Below, one piece after another: positions 11,730 to 23,976 of a stretch of 64,000 nt of DNA (position 1 is its first letter; the number at the start of each line of letters is the position of its first letter). Source of the stretch: Lama guanicoe. Lineage: Eukaryota. Position numbers and translations under genes: made by a program. The stretch is taken from assembly GCA_013239625.1 (NCBI GenBank), contig MU056000.1:11359175-11423174 (forward strand). Direction: 5' to 3'. The notes below the pieces were generated by a model that was given only the letters and a program-made list of their open reading frames with translations, searched no databases and was not told the DNA's origin.

Positions 11730-13984
11730 GTGTGGTCATGAAAATCTTCTGTGACCCGACTGGTTTAAGAAATGCTTGATGAGACCAAATTCAGCAGATC
11801 TCTTGGTAGGCTACCGTGTGCTAGGAATCTCCAAGAGAAAAACCACAGGATGTTGGCTTTGCCAAAGGAAAAGAAAAGCCTTCTCTCACCTCAATTACAT
11901 ACACCTTCAGCACTCCAGCCCTTCCCTTGGAACGCCCGCTTGGCAAATCACAATGGTGCCCAGCTCTGTGCCGACAGCCCCGATTGGCATAGCGCTATTA
12001 CAGAGGGCTGCTGAGCTGTCTGACTCTAAGCATCGCATGATGAGTCCAGCCTCTCACAAGCTGTGATTTCCAACTCTGTATCATCGTCAAAATACATTAG
12101 GAAATTGACACAGGACTTTTTCTTTATATGTTGAATAATTCTTTACTAAATTATGACTTTCCCCTTTTTTCATGCTACCAACCAGTTAGTACCAATTTTT
12201 CCACCTACTTCCTCACTCCAGGTTGAGGTCCTATTGAAATTTTTCTCTCTAACGATTGGCATTAGATAACATTTTTGCAGCTAATTATCTCATTGGGTTT
12301 GAAAGGCATGAAGAAAAGAAGAGATGCAATGAAATGCCTCTTAGAGGGAAGGAAGCATAAATCTACAACTTTGAATAGTGTTTCGATGCAGAATAGCTGT
12401 CCAACTTCCATAGAGACAGAATTCTTTACGGACTCATTATACAAGCAAACTTGCTAAGCTCTTTAGGACATTAGTGCCTTTGATAACGATGTTAGCAGCT
12501 TTCCCTGAACTATTGCATGTTTACAGTGGGTCTTTAGCAGAGTAGGGGGCCTTGTGAATTAATCCCTATTTAATGAGAAATATTTGAAGGTGATGAGAGT
12601 CATATGCTGCTGATGGGAAAACTCTGCCTTGATAGATTATTTTTGGAACATTAAAGTCTACTCAATCAAGACACTTGACTATTTAGGACAGGACAATTTT
12701 GTGAGAGATTGAAATAAAGTATAGGATTTATACTCAATTATTTTCATCACCTATAAAATGTGCTGTGTTTTGCTTTAAGGGTTTTAAATTTTCACACTTT
12801 CTTGCTTTCATCAGACCTCAGTAGCCTGCACTAAATCAAATGGCTAGATATTGAGTTTTGGCTGAAGGGTGTTTTTAGTAAAGTGGCAGCCAATGGCTGC
12901 AATTGAGAAAATGTAATTTATTTTAGATTAATTTGTAATATATATTTCATTTGAAACTGGCTGGAAAGAGCTATGAAAAAAACATTTATATGTGAAGACT
13001 GCTGTTGGCTTCTCCCCAATGTGATGCAAATTTTCCACATCTACGTCAAGACTTAGATACGTAATTAAAATGTTTTTAGGTACCTGGAAATGTTTGGATG
13101 TTCAAAAGGAAATGATTGTAATCCTTTCTTTATGCTTGATCTTATCACTCTGATAGAAAGTACTCAGAAATTGACTGGTAGAAATAGATTGCCAAAATAA
13201 CTTGTTCCCCTTTTAACTCACCTCCTACTCTGTTCTGTTCTTAGGTATACAAACAAAAGGTGTGTAATTTTTTTACGTATATATAAATGTAGGAAATTGG
13301 ATTTGGTAAAATTCATCCTCAGAAGGATCTCTTTTCTTTTCGGAAATTGATGGCCATTTTCATATTGTCAATGTTTCTTGGATTTGTACACCTATAAAGG
13401 TCATGACTTTTCAAATTCAGTGAACACAGTTAATTTGATGGCCAAACCCTGATGTAAACTTAGCGATAAAGCAGCATAATTTAATGATAAGACTATCAGA
13501 TGTGATATTAACTGGCTATGAGTAAAGTTCTAACCTTTCCTGGCCACATTTTCCTCATCTATGAAATGAGGAATTATCCAGGACCTGGCCTCAGTGCAGT
13601 CCTCATCTTCTTCACTGTTTCCCATTGATATTCACAACCAAATTAAAAAAAAAAAAAGATGCAGCTGTTCACACTATTGTAGCACAGATATTTGATGTCT
13701 TAGATGCCACCCTTAAACTCAAAGTTGATTTAAAGATCTTGCACTGCAGCGACTTAATTTTTTTTTTTTTTGTAAAGGCCACAAAGGTGATTCAAAACTA
13801 CGTGTTGAGAAATTTTATTTTGCTCTTTGGTACAAAATAAGTGTGTTGAGCATTTTGTCAGAAAATAAAATGCAATTCATAACAAATCAAGCTTTGTCAG
13901 AAAGCAAAGTTTAAATGAAAAACAAAACCTCCTCCTAATGTCTGTGCAGGTTGTTTTTGTTCCTGGGGGCCATGAGAAGCCCGT

Positions 13985-14125
13985 GGTTGGACATTGGCTG
14001 GAGTCCCAAGACCTGCCATCCGGCCTCAGATCCTGCTGTAAACCTTGGTCAGATCACTTACTCTGACTGCATCTCAGTTTTCTCACCTATCAAACGGGAA
14101 TGCCATCCCTTATAACAAGTCAGAA
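13985..14125 (+). mobile_element. MIR fragment
   Basis: 'ggctggagtcccaagacctg...ccttggtcagatcactt...tctcagttttctcacctatcaaacggg'. Confidence 0.7.
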
Positions 14126-15591
14126 GTGGTGGGAGGAAGTGCCTGAGGCTTTGTTAGTGATGGATGCACTTGTCACAGATATTCTTTTAAATAATAAATC
14201 GTGTGATTAGAGACCGTCTTTCCTAAATGCATGACTTTTGCTAACTTAATTTTTTTTTTTTTGTCTGGCTCACAGTCCCTGACTAGCTGGTAAAGTTACC
14301 TAGCTTCGTACTAGATAAAGCAAGTTTAGGGTGAGCCTGTGACAGTACGGATTAAATAGGTGAGAAGATTCAGTGACTGGAATTTAGAGATTGGATATTG
14401 GCAGATTTTACTTGGAAATAAAGGCAAAAAGGCCTGTTTCTCTGTGGTCCAGCTTTGAATGTTCATACGTCCTTTATAGCATTTCGGCACAACAAAGAAT
14501 CAGCTAGAACCCAGCAGCCATAGAGAGGGTCTGGGTGACAGTAGCTGTTGCTACGGCAGGCGTTTGTTCTATCATTCTTCATCTTGAATATATTTTAATT
14601 ATGTACATATACACACATGTGCATACATACATATACACACATATACAGTGCTACTGTTATATATTAATACAGTAAATAGCATGTGTGTAGTATTTATGGA
14701 GAGAGAAGATCTGACAAAGCACTATCTATACTAGGAGACAGTTCAAATGAGAACCAAAGAATCTGCAGACAGTAGACATTTCTCTTTTTCAAACCAGCGA
14801 AAAAGGATCACGTTAAATTTATTTTTTCATAGCTAGACATTGAAATAGAAGGGAAATAGAAAGGAAATAGAAAGGAAACCATTGTATTATTCATTCTTAT
14901 CCAATGTATTTTTCAAGAGAAACCCATTTCTAAGTTCTTCAGTAAATACTTACTAATTCATATTTATATATTGTGGATTTTGAGTACTAAGGTGGCTAAA
15001 TTAACCCTTTCTTTTAGAAAACCATGAAATAATAGTCAAAAAAAGTAAATATCATAAAACCTTACGTTTTAAATGATACAGAAAAAAACAGTACCCTAGT
15101 TTCTCATTTTAAAATCTTTTTGTTATTCCTTAGCTTTCTGTATCTTAATGTCAATTTAATACTGGTCATTAAATAAGCATATGAGCAGTAATTATTACAT
15201 AATAAAATTTGGTGAGAGCTAAATCTTCATATTGAGGTGAAATTGAGGGCTCCATCATTTCTTGTAGTAAATTTCGTTTAAAATTCCCATGGGGTGAATT
15301 ATAAATCTGGGAATTGTGAAGAACATATTGTCTATTCATTTACCTGCATATCTGAAAGTTAGCATTTTCCTTAACCAAATGCATAATGATTTCCAAGGTG
15401 TGGAGCAGTTAACCCAGATGCCTCCTAACATGAAATTCTATGAAGCTCCCCTCTGAACAATGGCCAAGATCATTAGCATCTTCTCAAAGTGTTTATCATT
15501 CACGTGCAATTAAGTATCCTGATTTATTATCACTTCTTAAAGATGATCACAGAAAGCCAACTAGCCAAAGAAAGAGGAAGATGATCTACCA

Positions 15592-15760
15592 TAAAGGACT
15601 GGCAGACCTCTTCTGCAGAGGGCCAGGCAGTAAATGTTTTCAGCCTTGCAGAGCATCGGAACTACGGGGCTCTGCCTTATAGCCTGAGAGCCGCTGGATA
15701 CAATACTTGAGGAAATGGCAGGGGCTGGACTTGGCCTGCAGACCTTAGATTGCTCACAGG
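15592..15760 (+). mobile_element. MER58A-like hAT-Charlie MITE
   Basis: 'ctggcagacctcttctgcagagggccaggcagtaaatgttttcagccttgc...ggacttggcctgcag' matches MER58A ends. Confidence 0.8.
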
Positions 15761-17385
15761 GGTCCCACATGTTGGAGAATAATTGTGACTCCTAATTGCA
15801 TTGTTGCAACTAAAAGGTTTGCAGCTCCATACAGCCCTGTAGCTGTATGAAAACTGAAAAAATGCAATCAGTCATCTGGATTCCTTCAGCAAAGGCCAAA
15901 CATCTGGATGTTTGGAAATCTAAGTTGAAAAAACACCTATTACGTTATCATTATGATTATTACTAAGCTTTTGTGTACTTCATTCCAAGAGTGATCTCAA
16001 CGTATTTAAAAAGCTGGAAACAGAGTGAAATTGTACCTTTTTTCTTTGCCCTTTGAATCTGATATTTTAAAACAAACGCCAGCAGAGGGGGGATAAAATG
16101 TTTACAGTGAAAGTATATATTTTTTAGTATCAGATACTCTCTCTTAAAATGGTCATAATTAAAGCCACAGTAGCACCAAGTTTGTCTGATATCAACCCGT
16201 TTGCAAAGTAGAGATTCTTCGTTTGGAGACATAACCAACCACAGGATGGTTGGCCACCATCCACATTCATTCAAACTTGACCCCAGTCTGGGTTCTAATG
16301 CTGGAAAGAGAACCTTCGAAGAGGATCATTATTTCTGGAAGAGGGATGATGCCTTCCTGGGTTTTGTTGTGGCTGTTAGTCTTAAATGATAGAATGGGGA
16401 AATTTGTCCTATAGCTAAACTCTTGGCTGTGATAGCTCTTCCTGTTCAAAATAATATTGGAGGGCAAAGCTGGGTCCCATATTGAATTCTAGAATGAAAA
16501 CAGACTGGGGCTGTTAATTCAGAGTCTAGTGAAATAAATGTTGGGTTTGTTGTGTCCTCCTTGCAAATGCTAGAACACAAAGTCATTGTTGGTTTGTGGA
16601 GTGAACTCCAGCCTATGTCTGGGAGCCCCCTACCACTTAATGTTAGAGGACCTTCATCATTATTTTACAGTCTAGGAAAAACTGTTGACTGCATAGGTCT
16701 CCACCGAATCTTATGTGGCTATGCTCACGATGAACTGCCCGTGCTCTGGCCCTGCCCCTGTCTGGACCCATCCGCACCTCCTCTCGGGTACCATCACTGG
16801 GAGAGGCATCTTTCTACCCGAGGAAGCCCCTCCTGGCATCTGTTCTGGAGACACCTGCCCTCTCTTCTCTGACAGTGCTCCATTGGTTATCTCTCGCCTT
16901 ATCTTCTCTTTAACGTATCTTTTCCTCTTTTTCATTTAATATCAAAAACTTAGCCAGACATCTCTCATCTTAAATTATCTTCCTCTTTCTCTCTCTTTTT
17001 CCTGTCCCTTCCTTTGTCCACTTTCCCTTCTGCAATTCAGGTGTTACTTTTCCTCCCCCATACCTTCAGGATCAAGCTCCACATGAGAAGCCTCTCCCAG
17101 AGCTCTGCCCTCCTGTCTCCGGGAAGTGTGTGGTTTCCCTCGGTAGCTTCCAATCTCAATGTCCCCATTTCATTTCCTATCAACTGAATTCTCTCTTTTC
17201 AGTGTTATGCTTTTTTTTTTTTTGAGGACTTGACCACATCCCAATATCTAGTGGTACTTAATGGATTTTTTCCCCAGTAGGAACGATTGGTCAAGAAGGG
17301 GCACCTGACCCCACACAGGTCAGTGAAGAGAGACTGGATCCCAGGACTTGAAGTGGTCCAGAAAAAAATCTGCTCCTTTTCTTTA

Positions 17386-17465
17386 CAGAAGTCTCAACCC
17401 TGGCTGCACCTTAGTGTTATCGAAAGAGATTTTAGAAAGTACTGATGCTTGCACACCACTGCCCT
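17386..17465. mobile_element. MER5B-like hAT fragment
   Basis: 'tctcaaccctggctgcaccttag...gattttagaaagtactgatgc'. Confidence 0.6.
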
Positions 17466-17892
17466 TCTGCCCTGAAATTGCCCCCTGTCATTTGTCTGGA
17501 GTAGTAAGTGCTCCAACAGAAGTGAGTTGCTGTCCCTTTGGAATGCCTTCTCCCTGATGGCAAGGGTGCCTCTTATTCAACTTCCGTTTCCCATCCATTA
17601 TACGACATGACACATGGTATGTCCTCAGTAAATCATTTCTAAATTGGATAGTTCCACCATGAATTTCCAAAGGTAAGAAATCATTGCCAATTTCATTAGT
17701 TAGAACCATAATTTTACTTATATTATCAGCTAGATACATCTTTACCTTAAAAATTTTTTTTAGATCATTAGCATCAACCTTCATGTTGTGAAGATTTTTT
17801 TTTCTAATTTCATAATTGTGTGCGAACCAACATCTCCTGTAATTCCTATTGGAGACCAATATCAAGTTGCTGTAAAATGACAGCTCTCAGGA

Positions 17893-18075
17893 AGGTATTG
17901 TACCACAAGGAGTCCATTCATTCTGTGGTCAGATGTCCTGGGCATGGAATTCCAGCTCTGCCACTTACTGCCTGTGGGGTGTTGAGCAATTCACTTAAGG
18001 TCTCAGAATGTCATTTTACTTAGTCATGAAAATGAGTAACTCAGCCGTGATGAATGCATGTGGGACACTTGCTAG
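17893..18075 (+). mobile_element. MIR SINE
   Basis: 'ccagctctgccacttactgcctgtggggtgttgagcaattcacttaa'. Confidence 0.8.
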
Positions 18076-18804
18076 GTGGCCGCCATTGTAGCCTTTCCCT
18101 TGGCTGATCCTCACAGCCCTCCCAGGGAGGTAACATCTTCATCAGTATCGTCATCATCACCACCATCCCTGCTGTACATACTCAGAAAGGGAGAATTAAA
18201 GACAGTTCACACTTTTAAGGATGAAAGAAATTCCAGAGTCCCCATTTATAACCACCAAAAAGTCAGGAGTGACTTTTCTGAGATTTCAGGAGGATGAGCT
18301 GAAAGTGCCCTCGAAAGTCCTCGTGTTGCCCTGACCCGAGTGGCACCTGGATGAGCTCATCTCTCATTTCTCAGTTAAGAAGAACTACAGAGCCCCGATT
18401 AACGTGAGTCTAGAGGATGGACATGAAGTCGTGGCATTTTAGACTGCGCTCTTTTGGCTGCCTCAGTAAAACTCATCCCGTGTGGAGTTTGATGTTGGCT
18501 AGGCTGAACCCAAGGGATGTCCTTCAGAAAGTGTGCCAAGGTGAATGTGCAGAGCCAGACAAGGAGGGTGACAAGACCGCTCTCTGATGAACAAGCTTGG
18601 CTGGCCTTTCCTCAGGAGGAATTCCTGTCAACCTTAGTTTACAAAGCCCGGGTGTTTCTCCAAATACATATTTTAGTGGGGTTCATTTTTTAAATTACTG
18701 CACTCAGCAAAATAACAGTTTCCCATTGGTTCTGCTTCCAAATAGCATTAACTTTCCATTGATTTACTCTTTTTTCTCTTAGTGGCTATTGAGATTTGTG
18801 TAGT

Positions 18805-19200
18805 AATGTTAAAAACATATATTGCGTAGTGCACATACCACACATTGTTCTAAAAACTCTAGATATATATTAAGTCATTTATTTTTCACAATAACCCTAT
18901 TTGCCTCCATTTTATAGATGAAGAAACTGAGGCACATAGAACAAGGTTTCTCAGATGTCACTGTGCATCAGAAGTCACCTAGAGGGCTTGTTAAAGTAGA
19001 TTGCTGGACCCCACTCCCAGAGTTTCTGATTCGGGAAGGCCAGAGTATTGTCTGAGAATTTGCATTTCTAGCAAGTTTTCAGGGGAGGCTAATGCTGATG
19101 CTGCCATTCCGGGGACCACTTGAGAGCCACACAGCTAGTAAGTATTAGAGGCTGGATTTGAACACAGGCAATCCAGTCACAGAAGCCTTTGTGTTACCTT
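18805..19200 (-). mobile_element. MIR SINE interrupted by MER5A
   Basis: 'ccattttatagatgaagaaactgaggcaca' on the left and 'cacacagctagtaag...ggatttgaacacaggcaatc' on the right of the insert. Confidence 0.85.
18942..19124 (-). mobile_element. MER5A hAT-Charlie MITE
   Basis: 'gcatcagaagtcacctagagggcttgttaa...cagagtttctgattc...gagaatttgcatttctagcaag...gctgatgctg'. Confidence 0.9.
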
Positions 19201-20280
19201 GTGTTATAACTAGACAGGACTCGTATGCCTTCACAAGCAGAATGCTTGTTTCCATATAAGGCAATTTCTCCTTTTCTGCATATAGACATGTATGTTTGCA
19301 TGGATGTCTGTGCATATGTGTGGACGAATATTCACGTGCATGTAATATCCAGACACTCTGGTCTGGTGAGTCCAGTTCTGTATCAGCAGAGAATGACCAT
19401 TAGCAAATTCTTTAATCATTCTTATACTTACTTTAACAACTATAATCATTAGTTTGTTTTAATAACAGATCTCTGAGCTCATCACAGTCATTTATGACCT
19501 GTTATTTGGAAATAATGGGCCTGCGGTTCAAAAGCATGTGTAATCTCATACTTACTTCCTAGAAGTAAATCAGTCTCTATGCAATTTGACATAATGACAA
19601 GTGTAATTAATGCATTAGAATTCTAGATTCTCAGTCATCAACTCCAATCTCTCACCAGATTCATAAATCTCTGAGGTCTGTGAATGAAGCGTGGGCAGCC
19701 GTTGCCTGGAAACTTCCCAAGCTCTCTGACTCAGTTGTGGGCAGCTCCACTTATCTGAAACTCTTCCCCACAGATCCCCCAACCCTGGTCTCCTCTGAGC
19801 TCCTTCTGTCCGAGACCTATGCTTCTCCGGCGACACACAAGTCTTTTTCATGCTTCACTTGAGACCGGCTCAAGTGTGCAAAGACTCTTACCCCAAGAAT
19901 TCTAGTCCTCAAGCTACACCTGCGCTCTGATTTCAGCGACTCCCCATACACCAAACCGTCTTCCTGCCTCCTGCCTCCTGCCTCCTGCCCTGCCTGCCCT
20001 GGGCGTGCTCTAACCTGGAACCGTCCCCTCTCTCAAATATAGAGTCCCAAAGTGAATGAAATATTCCAGAAGATAGCTTAGAAGAGAATCATAGTCCTTG
20101 ATCTGGAAGTGGATGCTAAGATTAAATGTAAACCATTTTTCATTGGCAGTTTCCAAGGTATATTCTGCAAATGTCCTGTTCCCACCTGGCTGTGGCTCAT
20201 TTTCTCAGATTGGAGGGTGGGACTTCCTGGCACTGGCTGTGATGCCGAGGTTGTCCATTTGTTTGTTTTGGTTGTGACTG

Positions 20281-20299
20281 TGGCGCCCTCTGCTGGTCC
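20281..20299 (-). promoter_or_regulatory. Strong CTCF motif
   Basis: Reverse complement ggaccagcagagggcgcca matches the CTCF core at every consensus position; it lies in non-repeat DNA and retains its CpG. Confidence 0.75.
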
Positions 20300-21564
20300 T
20301 CACAGCTCTTAACGTTTGCATTTTCAAAAAAAAAAAAAAAAGCTAACCGTGATTCAAGGAGAACGTAACATCTGTTGATTTAAAACTGATGATTTTCTTC
20401 TTCATGGTAGACAAACACTGTAAGCCTCCTTCACTAGTGTTGTTTAGTCTAAATAACCCAGTTTCACTGCTGACTGATGTTGGAAACGTGGGTTTTTTTT
20501 TTTTTTTTACATTAGCTGTTTGGAATTGATCTAACAGAACAGTTTCAGGGTCCTCTTAGTACTATTTAAAAGCTGTTATCTTGAATTGTAAGTTATCAGA
20601 GCTCAAAGACATTTTTTAAATGACCAGACTGGTATTTTTACAGACGCAAAACCAAGGTTCTGAAAAGTTAGAAGATTTTCCAAGAAGCATGAGCAGTGTC
20701 AAAGCCATTCTGCGAGTTTCAGATGTGAACCTAATTCATCGTGATATGTTTTTATTTTAATAAATCAAATATATTAATTTTGGAACATCAGATACTATAA
20801 ACTTTCTGGGTTTTTTATTTTAAGCCAAAATAAATAATAAACATTTAGTTAAAATTTTGTAGTAATTTAATTATTTTGGCATTTATTTAATAAAATCCAT
20901 AAGCTACGATGAATCCCTAAAAAGTCCAATTTTCAGCGTTTATTTTCTTATGTTTTCTTGTTATGCTTGCTAATGCAGCTTCTGACAGAAGTAAACATAT
21001 TAATAGAACTGCTGTAGCCGCTTTCATTCGTATATGATTACTAGAAACCAAAGAAAGTCTGGAATTGATCCATAAATGTTAATATTATCTGAATTGAGTC
21101 CAGTAAAATCATCTTTATGTGGGAAAAAAATGACTTTATATGGAATATAAGGTCTCGATCCAATAAAACACCACGTATGTTGCTGTAAAATACTGAATAG
21201 GTCTTACAACTCCTAACTAAAGTAACTTTGCAATTCACTTATTTAGGATTATTTGAGGTTTTCGCTGGCTTCTGGCCAACAGAAGGAAGGATCATGCAGG
21301 CATTTGAAAGAAGTAGACCTGTCATATTTCTATCAGAAGCAGAAATTATTCCAGTTCCTATTGTAAAATATAAAGCTCTGAGAACTTTAAGTGTTTCCTA
21401 ATTTCTGAATTTGTATGCATTCGGGTCAGTGGAAGGCATTATCATTTTTTTTCCTCTGGACACTATCCCAGGTCACTTGCAATTTTGCTAAACCTATTAT
21501 TCAAAAAATTTGAAATGCAAATAGTTAAAAGTAGTTCCATCTAACAACTTAACGTGTAGAAGTA

Positions 21565-21732
21565 GAATTCTTTAGAGCCAGAGGGGATGGTGCAGTTCTC
21601 AACTTCAGTTGTCCCTTGAGAGATAAAAAATAGGAAGAAACTCAGCAGTTTGATTTGCCCAAGAAAGAAACAAAGCCAAGGGCAAACTCAGGTTCTGTTG
21701 ATCCCCAGGCCAGTGCTCATTGCACTCTGCCT
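21565..21732 (-). mobile_element. MIR3/MIR fragment
   Basis: 'gatttgcccaag...caaactcaggttctgttgatccccaggccagtgctc'. Confidence 0.55.
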
Positions 21733-22494
21733 AAAGTACATCATCTAAGCCTCCTTATGGAGCGTTTAGTGAACTGAAAATCACAGGAAACGTGTTACAG
21801 AAACTTGAGGACACAGTTCACATTTCTTCCCTAGTTAACAGGGGCCGGGCTGAAAATAAAGAGTTCTCTCCAGAGCAAAATTAAATGTACCGAAGCCAAC
21901 CCTTTGTGATATTTTTGGTCTATCTGACCAACATCTGAATCAGTTAATTCTTTTGCAAAGTCTTTATTTCCCATTCCTTAGGTACAAACAAATCTAGTTG
22001 AAAATACTAGAGAAAATTTACATTTCAGAAGATTTTAAAGACACATCAGTTAATACGGAACGTCTAACGTTGGCAAACTCTTTGCAAATGTAGATGAACT
22101 TTTAAGACTAGAACTTTGAGAAAAACAGCAGTTATAGGGTGCTTTTGAGTTCAGTCTTTTAAGTACAGGGTGAGGAATGGTAGCACCAGCCTCTTCTGTG
22201 ACCCTCTCTTTGCTCTGTCCATCATGCGCTAAGGTCTAATCTTATGCCTACTCTGTTTCAGAAAAAGAAAAATATAATATTAAAAAGCAGAGAGTCCTGA
22301 AATAACAGAGTATAACTGTGTTCCTTATACTCGTGTCTTGAGAGGTATTCTCCTCTGGGCTGTCCCTGTGGTTTCAATTTTTTAGACGAGGAATGTGGTC
22401 AAGGAATGGTGGCTCTGGCTGCTTACTGAGGGTGAGGCAGGGTTCTCTCCATTTATTTCATAATCAATTTCACCTACAATAACCTTCCCAGCCT

Positions 22495-22760
22495 CCTCCC
22501 TGATGAACGCTCCCTTGTTCTTTAAGATTTAGTTCAGCCACATCTCTTCCGTGAAGACCTTCTCGTAGTCCCTGACATTGAGATGGTCTTAACTGCTCTG
22601 CACTCACATAGCTGCAGTGTGTATTAATTCAGTGTATTACACTTAAATGTGTATGTATCCTTCTAGAGCTGACACATACGAGGTGCATAATAACTGGAAT
22701 TATGTTCAAACAGGAATCTTCATTTTGGCAGTTGTCGGTGCTCATTTAAATAGCTTATGT
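22495..22760 (+). mobile_element. L2 3' region
   Basis: 'ttctttaagatttagttcagccacatctcttccgtgaagaccttc' through to the tail-like 'ggtgctcatttaaat'. Confidence 0.55.
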
Positions 22761-22761
22761 C

Positions 22762-23253
22762 TTTTTTTTTTTTTGATTCCACATATAAGTGATATCACAT
22801 GGTATTTTTCTTTCTCTTTCTGGCTTACTTTACTTAGAATGACATTCTCCAGGCCCATCCATGTTGCTGCAAATGGCATTATTTTATTGTATTTTTATGG
22901 CTGAGTAGTATTCCACTGTGGGGGAAAAAAAAACCTTACCTACAAAGCAGAAACAGATTCACAGACATGGAAAACAAACTTATGGTTACCAGGGTCGGGT
23001 AGGGGGAAGTGGGTGGGAAGGGATAAAATGGGAGATTGAGATTTTCAGATACTAACTACTATATATAAAATAAACAACAAATTTCTACTGTATAGCACAA
23101 GGAACTATATTCAAGATCTTATAGTAACTTATGGTTAAAAAGAATATGAAAAAAATATATGTATGTTCCTATATGACTGAAGTATTGTGCTGTACACCAG
23201 AAATTGACACAATGTTGAAAACTGAGTATACTTCAATAAAAGTATTAACAAAA
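22762..23253 (+). mobile_element. 5'-inverted (twin-primed) lineage-specific L1 with TSD
   Basis: Antisense piece 22762-22920 followed by sense 3'UTR 22921-23253; TSD taaatagcttatgtc (22747-22761) / taagtagcttatatc (23254-23268). Confidence 0.9.
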
Positions 23254-23571
23254 TAAGTAGCTTATATCAGACAAATAGCAGGTCTAACCATTTGGCTATT
23301 AAGGGCGTGCATGGTAGCCAGTTTGTCTTGGAAGGCTCACCCAGAATTTAACCGCTTAAAATTCAGTATTCTGTGAGTATCTTAGTGACTGCAGTGGGCA
23401 GCAATTGATCACACCTGCTGTGGATATTTTCCAAACTAAAAGTATACACAACACTCCATGCCAAAGAGCGGTGAGGACCTTGATCAAGCATTTGTCCTGT
23501 GCTCAAGCAGCTCAGAACTGTTTCCTGGGGGAAGCATGGGCCCTTTCCACCCTCATGAGGCGGAAGCCATC

Positions 23572-23768
23572 TAAGCTTGGGGGTCCAGGTTTAAAATACT
23601 TGATTTCATAAGGGAATGTTCACCTTAATTTTCTGTGCTTCCATTTTCACACCTGTGAAATGGGGGTAATAACAACCTCATGAGGTTACTGTTGGAAATA
23701 CAAACACATAAAAACCTGTTAAGTGCTGACATAGTCGGTGCTGTGTAGGTGTTGCTGGCTGTTATATT
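23572..23768 (+). mobile_element. MIR SINE
   Basis: 'ctgtgcttccattttcacacctgtgaaatgggggtaataacaacctcatgagg'. Confidence 0.75.
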
Positions 23769-23783
23769 AATATAAGATTGAAT

Positions 23784-23976
23784 TACGGTTGCCAGATTTA
23801 CCAAATAAAAATATAGGATACCCAGTTAAATATAAAATACCCAGTTAAAACAACACATAATTTGTTTATTACAAGTATCTCCCATGCAATGTTTGGGATA
23901 TACACATGCTAAGAAATCATTGGCTATCTGAAGTTCAGCCTGAACTGGGTGTCCTGTCCTTCATCTGGTAACCCTA
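23784..23976 (+). mobile_element. MER53 palindromic hAT MITE, full length
   Basis: TIRs tacggttgccagat / atctggtaacccta; centre 'tcccatgcaatgtttggga'; 8-bp TSD-like gattgaat / ggttgagt. Confidence 0.9.

Noticed and set aside
12035..12110. C/D box snoRNA starting at ATGATGA
   Set aside because: No D box (CTGA) at a suitable distance.
12536..12553. Additional CTCF-like sites (also near 51403, 54928, 56603, 59824)
   Set aside because: Each misses one or more key core positions.
19962..20000. (CCTGCCT)n short tandem repeat as a functional array
   Set aside because: About 4 degenerate units, consistent with ordinary slippage.
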